From positions 260-32,259 of the forward strand of contig CAZYLT010000022.1 of assembly GCA_964648855.1 (NCBI GenBank): a stretch of DNA of 32,000 nucleotides, read 5' to 3'. Below the pieces are notes generated by a model that was not told where the DNA came from, made no database searches, and saw only the letters and a list, made by a program, of their open reading frames with translations. This document shows positions 26,799 to 32,000 of this stretch, in pieces (within the stretch, counting starts at the first letter, position 1; each line of letters begins with the position of its first letter). Both the position numbers and the translations under genes were made by a program. Source of the stretch: an uncultured archaeon (GTDB lineage: Archaea; Asgardarchaeota; Thorarchaeia; Thorarchaeales; Thorarchaeaceae).

Positions 26799-27488
26799 TT
26801 GAAGACTCCCCCTTTGATATCAGTAGTTTGCCCCATACATTCATCAAATCATAAGCTTGAAGCGATTCGTAATGTATTGTTATCATCGAACGTTCCTATT
26901 GAGTTAATTGTGGTGATAAACAACCCGGAAATTTCAGTTAAGATAGTACCACAGAATTTCGAAGAGACAGTGGTGAAGTGTCCCCGAAGGGGACGTGGAT
27001 ACGCCTTTCTGGCAGGAATCGCTGAGGTCAGGGGGCGAATAACTATGCTTTTACACTCTGATACCGTTCCTCCTCTTGGCTGGGACCATGTCATTCTTTC
27101 TGCATTAGCGAATCCAGATGTTGTTGGGGGTGGTTTCTCCCTTTCATATGATACACGAAACCCACTCCTAGAGATAGTCAGCTGGCTTTCGAATCAATGG
27201 GTTCGACTCACAAAGGAAATGTACGGAGATCGGGCTATGTTCGTTCAGACCAATATTCTTGAACGGTGTCTATCAGCCCTTGATGTTCCACTGTATGAGG
27301 ATTTGCGACTTGCCCGATGCATGCTCAGACAGGGTGACTTGATACTGGCAAATCAGAAGATTGAAACTAGTGCAGTGAAGTACCAGAAGTATGGGGTTCT
27401 AGAGTACCTCAGAAAAATCTGGCTTTCCCGAATTTGGTATCACGTGGGAGTATCTACTTCTCAAATATATGATATGTACTACTCCTAG
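26799..27488 (+). CDS. GT2 glycosyltransferase, TIGR04283-like
   Basis: ISVVCP, GRG, LLHSDT, VGGGF, YGDRAMFV, PLYEDL, IETSA. Confidence 0.8.
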   Translation: MKTPPLISVVCPIHSSNHKLEAIRNVLLSSNVPIELIVVINNPEISVKIVPQNFEETVVKCPRRGRGYAFLAGIAEVRGRITMLLHSDTVPPLGWDHVILSALANPDVVGGGFSLSYDTRNPLLEIVSWLSNQWVRLTKEMYGDRAMFVQTNILERCLSALDVPLYEDLRLARCMLRQGDLILANQKIETSAVKYQKYGVLEYLRKIWLSRIWYHVGVSTSQIYDMYYS

Positions 27489-27655
27489 GCGAGATATTAG
27501 ATGTCGAGTACCTCCTCGCGCCAAAGTCTAATCCAAGTAAATGAGGGGCCTTATGGCTGATATCATCTCACTCAGAAGCTGAGGAATGAAATAGAACTCT
27601 TTCATGACATCAAAGAATATACTATTAAGATGAGATATATCGATTTCAAACCACT

Positions 27656-28978
27656 TTGACACTGCTAGACTATTCCCGGCTGAAGCTGAGAGAGTTCTCA
27701 GGCCTCTCAACATTCCAGTTTCTCTCATATTTTCGTAGAGCGATTGTGTACACCTTCCTGTCAATCTACTTGCGGTCCCTGGGCCTCTCTACTACTGAAG
27801 TAACCCTAATGGCCACAGTGGGGATGATTGCCAATGCTGGGGCACAATCTCTTCTTTGGGGGCGTGCTCTAGATAAATATCGGAAACCGACTGAATTCGT
27901 AGCGCTGGGAGAATTTCTTGCTGGATTCGGACATATTTTCATGGTCTTTGGATATCAACACTTTCTTGCAATAGGCAATACAATCCTTGCAGGTTACGTC
28001 ATTATCTTCAGTTTGGGCGGCATCGAGGTCTTCTGGAGCATGTCCAATGTAGGATGGTCTGCACTGATATCTGAGCTGACTGAGTTCGACGAACGAAAAA
28101 AGGTCATGGGCCAGCTTTCTATTATTGGCGGATTGGGCGGAATAGGAGGTGCCTATCTTGGTGGGTTTCTTTTCGATAATGGTGCAGGATTTGCTGACGG
28201 AAGTATCTTTTTCATCGCCGCCATAGTGATGATTTTTTCCAGCTTCATTGTCTACTTTGCCATTCGCTTTAAAGATGCACTACAGATGCAGAACATAAGA
28301 ATACCTGAGCCAGTAGAAATCCCCTCTCTCAGCGATTTACCTGCGAAATTGCGAAAGGCGTACTTGCTGTTCATTATCGCACTAGTCTTTCTGAATTTCG
28401 GGCGTAATTCGATTTCAATCATATCGAGCCTGTTTCTTGCTGACCCTACTGGCTTTGGCGCTACAGGTGAACAAATTGCTCTTTTTAGTAATGTTGGTAG
28501 TATCGCATCCATGCTCTCAGGGCTGTTGGTCGGATCAGTTGTTGCCGACAGTGACGATAACAAGGTTTTGCTCTTTGGCGCATGCTTGTCAATCATTGCT
28601 ATAGCATGGCTTATCATTTCCCCCACTTTTCTGCTCAGTATAGTTTCATCATTTCTCATTGGAGCATCCCATGTGGTCATTCAATCTTCAAGCTACTCAA
28701 TTGTGGCACACATGGCTCCCGAGGAATTTAGAGGACGTCTCTTTGCCTACTATAACGCGACATTCTTCCTAAGCTGGGGTATTGCAGCAACGCTAGTCAC
28801 TGGACCCATTGCTGATGCCCTGATAGGAGTAGGATTCAGGAATGCAGACGCCTATAGGGGTAGCTTTGTTGCCGCAATATTGCTAATTTTGCTTGGCATC
28901 GGTGTTCTCGCGAAATCAATTCGTTTTATGAGAAGAAATCCCCATTTCTGGTCAGAAATAAATGAGGATATGCCGTGA
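27656..28978 (+). CDS. MFS transporter
   Basis: 12 TM pattern, WGRALDKYRK (motif A-like), APEEFRGR. Confidence 0.9.
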   Translation: MTLLDYSRLKLREFSGLSTFQFLSYFRRAIVYTFLSIYLRSLGLSTTEVTLMATVGMIANAGAQSLLWGRALDKYRKPTEFVALGEFLAGFGHIFMVFGYQHFLAIGNTILAGYVIIFSLGGIEVFWSMSNVGWSALISELTEFDERKKVMGQLSIIGGLGGIGGAYLGGFLFDNGAGFADGSIFFIAAIVMIFSSFIVYFAIRFKDALQMQNIRIPEPVEIPSLSDLPAKLRKAYLLFIIALVFLNFGRNSISIISSLFLADPTGFGATGEQIALFSNVGSIASMLSGLLVGSVVADSDDNKVLLFGACLSIIAIAWLIISPTFLLSIVSSFLIGASHVVIQSSSYSIVAHMAPEEFRGRLFAYYNATFFLSWGIAATLVTGPIADALIGVGFRNADAYRGSFVAAILLILLGIGVLAKSIRFMRRNPHFWSEINEDMP

Positions 28979-29039
28979 GGGACACATATGTGTTTGCTCT
29001 GATATCTGCGGATGCCGGTATTCAATCAGATTGATATTT

Positions 29040-29615
29040 TCAACCGAGTCCGGGAGTCGTGGATGCCAAGTCCTGTCCGAATGCCTTTCGAATCATATTA
29101 CCAAGGCCCACACTTGAAAGAAGATACCATGTGTAGAAGTGCAACCCGAATCCGTTGCCTGGGATATTGACACCTAACCACGGGTCAATAAACCATAATG
29201 CCTCTTGTGGATTTAAAGGAAGAACTGCCACAGGCACCCCCGCGTATAGAGAATTGAGAATGGTGAAGACCAATATCAATGGGATGTAGAAGATCAGCAT
29301 TGGTTTACAACGAGCTGACATCATCTTACTCTGAAGCGTCATTATCCGAGACTGACTGTCTTGCACCTCCTGCATAAGCACAGGGTCCATGGTCTCTCTG
29401 GCCTTTTTGAATTTCTTCTGCCACTCTTGAACTTCCTTCGTGTTTTCCTTCATCTCTTCAACATCTGTGAAGCGGTTTGTAGCCCAAATGGAGATTAAGG
29501 AGAGTCCAACGCTAACCAGTACGATGAACACAGTGGAAGCAGGCATATACTGCACTGGAGACATGAACGATGTAATCGTCTGAATAATGTCGCTGAATAT
29601 ATCCATAGCCTTCAA
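29040..29615 (-). CDS. DUF106 / EMC3-TMCO1 (Oxa1-superfamily) membrane insertase-like protein (ATG 29606 alternative start)
   Basis: TM1, cytosolic coiled coil (TDVEEMKE...MMSARCKPM), TM2, and C-terminal WYLLSS...IRKAFG. Confidence 0.88.
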   Translation of the reverse strand: MKAMDIFSDIIQTITSFMSPVQYMPASTVFIVLVSVGLSLISIWATNRFTDVEEMKENTKEVQEWQKKFKKARETMDPVLMQEVQDSQSRIMTLQSKMMSARCKPMLIFYIPLILVFTILNSLYAGVPVAVLPLNPQEALWFIDPWLGVNIPGNGFGLHFYTWYLLSSVGLGNMIRKAFGQDLASTTPGLG

Positions 29616-29684
29616 CAGGTCATCGTCCTACTAGCCGTGTTTTAAGGATTTTTACATGAATCATCAAAATTCTACCTGGGGAGG

Positions 29685-30030
29685 AACCTTTTGTGGTGCC
29701 AATTCTCTTGCAAAAGCCCTACGTTTACTGAGTGAATACTATAATGTTCGTTTCCTGGAGACATGAGCAGAATGTATACTGGGGTCAAAGACCTGCGAAT
29801 AGGACAAATAGTACAAAGATTACACCCCCGCATACCTGTCGGGTAACGGCATTCCTAGCATACCTGCACACAAAGACCAACACCCGGTGGTCATTAACCC
29901 CCAAATGTAGACTTCCAGTGGAAGTAAACGTTAGCTAGCTTCCTTGCAAAAGCATGAAGACGCTTTAGTACACGTATAGCTATTTCGCGCGCTTTATTCC
30001 AGTATGGAAGCTAGAGATTTTCAAAAGTGC
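29685..30030 (-). ncRNA. Candidate structured non-coding RNA (family not recognised)
   Basis: Multiple stems (29935-29943/30006-30014; 29721-29729/29923-29931 enclosing 29781-29793/29889-29901), G-U pairs valid on the minus strand, and a TATA box about 20-25 nt upstream. No convincing ORF. Confidence 0.5.
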
Positions 30031-30047
30031 TATTCTATGCATTATGA

Positions 30048-30055
30048 TATATAAA
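30048..30055 (-). promoter_or_regulatory. Archaeal TATA box (TTTATATA) pointing into the candidate ncRNA
   Basis: Plus strand tatataaa = minus strand TTTATATA. No ORF start follows at the expected distance. Confidence 0.5.
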
Positions 30056-30154
30056 TGAAGTACCGTTTTTGCATTAAATATGCCGCTTTACACAACGATT
30101 TTCAATTGCCGAGCTTAATTCTGTATAAACGTTTACGGCTTGATATCCTATGGT

Positions 30155-30162
30155 TTTATATA
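30155..30162 (+). promoter_or_regulatory. Archaeal TATA box (TTTATATA) for leaderless gene at 30185
   Basis: Consensus TATA ending 23 nt before the GTG start. Confidence 0.6.
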
Positions 30163-30184
30163 ATGGTCAGCGTTTACTTTCTTT

Positions 30185-30484
30185 GTGTTAACCGCCGGGA
30201 GGGTTAGCCGCGAAATGATGATGTTTACACGTATGCTAAGAAGACAAGGTTTCTATAGAGTGAAGAATCAGGAAGAACCAGTTTACATGAAGCACAACGT
30301 CGGTATCGGCGGAATATATGTGCGGATTGAAAACAAGCGAGCGCACATAACCGTGAGAGACCTGGATATTGACAGGGAATTCAAGGGTGTTGCGCGCCTG
30401 GAGGATTTCATCGATCAACTTGAAGATGAGTCATACCGCCAGAAATGTTTCATAGTCAACCGAATGGCTGAAGCAGGCTCATAA
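30185..30484 (+). CDS. Small hypothetical protein (alpha/beta)
   Basis: 99 aa with natural composition and a TATA box at canonical spacing. Confidence 0.75.
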   Translation: MLTAGRVSREMMMFTRMLRRQGFYRVKNQEEPVYMKHNVGIGGIYVRIENKRAHITVRDLDIDREFKGVARLEDFIDQLEDESYRQKCFIVNRMAEAGS

Positions 30485-30544
30485 ACTGCTGGTCACCTAG
30501 TAAACTCACCTCCTATAAGAAGAACCACCCAATAGGAAATGATG

Positions 30545-30587
30545 TTCCAGAAGGTCCTATGATTCCAATTCATAGGACTCTTTGGAA
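30545..30587 (+). other. Long stem-loop downstream of 30185..30484
   Basis: ttccagaaggtcctatga-ttccaat-tcataggactctttggaa: 18-bp stem with 2 G-U pairs and one A-C mismatch on the + strand. Confidence 0.65.
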
Positions 30588-30823
30588 TTAAACTAATATT
30601 CGATATAAGACAAGTGAGATTTCCCATAGGCGGCGAACATCAGGATTTGATGCAACCCATTATTGTGACTTCTTCCAGCGCATCTTACTGTTTTTGTTTT
30701 TAGTGAGGCCACTAGATTCATTAGGCTTCAAAACCTGTATTCCGGTTGATAATATGTAGTTAGGGGGTAATCAAGACGTCCGGATATCTCCCTTCGCGAT
30801 CTGAGGATACAAAACCATGGGAA

Positions 30824-31015
30824 TTGGTAGAAACAAATGGAGGGGAATCTACTCCTGTAATTTGTCTTCTGATGATTCTAGCATTTTTCGAATCTGCGGC
30901 ACTTTGGTTCAATGCTGTTGACGGGCCAGAGGACTATCCTCTTTTTCTCTTTGTGGGGGTTGTTCTCCCAGTCATTTTCTTACTGTTGGTATGTTACCGC
31001 TCCTACCGTAATTGA
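30824..31015 (+). CDS. Small 2-TM membrane protein
   Basis: 63 aa with two hydrophobic helices and a basic C-terminus. Confidence 0.45.
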   Translation: MVETNGGESTPVICLLMILAFFESAALWFNAVDGPEDYPLFLFVGVVLPVIFLLLVCYRSYRN

Positions 31016-31094
31016 GTTGTAACGAATATGCGGCGCGTTTCGGAGTTTACAAAGAGTCTGGCATGCTGCTGTTTCTCGAGTATGATTTCCACTG

Positions 31095-32000
31095 CTAGCC
31101 CGAGAATGCAGATTTCATTTTTCCCCAGATGTACTTGGGTGCTATTGCTCTGATTGCACTAAAAACCGACCTCTTTCCAACCAGCATTTCCGCCACCACA
31201 CAGCAAGATTCCTCAGAATCCAAGAATGCAGATCGGCTCTCACCATCACTGGAACCAGTGAATCTCTTCTGTAGCCACAATCCCCACTTCAAGTCACCGC
31301 CAAAGGCTCCTTTCCACTGGTCTTCATACTGCTTGAGAAATCGAGCAGAGAAGTCTCTATCATTGATGGCTTCTGCTGCGACAGAGCCAGCTATCCTACC
31401 TGCGAAAAGCGAGTAATGTATACCTTCACCGGATATCGGAGAACAGTGGCCTGCAGCATCGCCGGCCAAGAGAATATTATCCGAAAATGATGGTGTGATT
31501 CGGCCGCCAAGTGGAATGGGTGCTGCCTCCTTCTTCAAGAGGGTTGTTTCCGTCAGCATCTCTTTGATATTCGGTTCCTCGATGAAATCATCGATATAAT
31601 CAGCTATTCGTTTATCGTCATTTCGTACTCGAGCTACCAATCCGCCTGATCCTATGACTGCTGTTCTCCTCGTCGGGAATATCCATGCATATCCTCCTGG
31701 CGAAAACTCGTGTCCGTAATAGAATCTATTCTCCGGTTCAAAATCATTCGCATCGGTTTCCCTTTGGAAGTGGTACTGCCGTGCATATCCCATTTGACTA
31801 TCCGTGAGTCTAGGTCTTACTAGCCCGCTTTTCACCCCAACTGGATATGCTCCTGATGCATCAATGACAAGTTTTGCAGTCACTTCATAATCAGATTGAT
31901 CTGCAGTTATCCTTAGACTACAATAATCACCGTCCCTTTCGATTGCTCGAACTTCATGACCCAAGTTAATCCTAGGTTGACTGTGACTGAGATTGGAGAG
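31095..32000 (-). CDS. Geranylgeranyl reductase-family FAD oxidoreductase (5'-partial)
   Basis: VIDASG, PGGYAWIFP, LLAGDAAGHCSPISGEGIHY. The frame stays open to the window edge. Confidence 0.92.
   Translation of the reverse strand, partial: LSNLSHSQPRINLGHEVRAIERDGDYCSLRITADQSDYEVTAKLVIDASGAYPVGVKSGLVRPRLTDSQMGYARQYHFQRETDANDFEPENRFYYGHEFSPGGYAWIFPTRRTAVIGSGGLVARVRNDDKRIADYIDDFIEEPNIKEMLTETTLLKKEAAPIPLGGRITPSFSDNILLAGDAAGHCSPISGEGIHYSLFAGRIAGSVAAEAINDRDFSARFLKQYEDQWKGAFGGDLKWGLWLQKRFTGSSDGESRSAFLDSEESCCVVAEMLVGKRSVFSAIRAIAPKYIWGKMKSAFSG

Noticed and set aside
29732-29938. 68-aa ORF on + strand
   Set aside because: Non-protein-like composition; the region is better explained by RNA structure.
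29685-30030. SRP RNA or RNase P RNA
   Set aside because: Conserved SRP helix-8 (CCAGG..GNRA..AGCA) and RNase P P4 motifs were not found by eye. GAGGAAC at 29681 does not continue as GAGGAAAGUCC. A highly divergent version is not excluded without cmscan.
863-31416. Numerous antisense/overlapping ORFs in the track (e.g. 863..1261-, 3581..3787-, 7530..7988-, 9089..9706-, 15507..15989-, 18909..19526+, 28252..28680-, 31129..31416+)
   Set aside because: Shadow ORFs of well-supported genes; Ser-rich and without motifs.

Overview
Archaeal genomic DNA, most likely Asgard (Thorarchaeia-like). This is inferred from a stand-alone gelsolin-domain protein, a DUF106/EMC3-TMCO1 insertase, a geranylgeranyl reductase, TTTATATA boxes about 23-25 nt before leaderless starts, and 'WGVxxGDxF' secreted proteins. 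The window has two parts. (1) Positions ~1-7000 are an accessory, mobile-element-like tract. It has a divergent RHH/winged-helix regulator pair, and the 3' end of the winged-helix gene recurs three times (intact, start-less, 33-bp remnant). Each copy is followed by unrelated cargo: membrane+TPR, DUF3467-like+HTH+an ORF split by UGA, and a lantibiotic-dehydratase-C-like protein. The tract ends at a 5'-truncated paralog of the next host membrane gene. No integrase, transposase or capsid gene is visible in the window. (2) Positions ~7490-32000 are host-like genes: MoxR ATPase + VWA partner (with an orphan AAA-lid), tandem split-barrel (PNPOx-like) paralogs, gelsolin, wHTH, SnoaL, two amidohydrolases, two secreted anchored proteins, an ABC exporter, a HEAT+MCM-like WH protein, DUF362, an ArsS/TIGR04282/TIGR04283-type cluster with an MFS transporter, DUF106 and GGR. 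A ~340-nt intergenic segment (29685-30030) folds into nested stems with strand-specific G-U pairs, sits downstream of its own TATA box, and is a candidate novel structured ncRNA. All family assignments come from motif recognition by eye; no searches were run.
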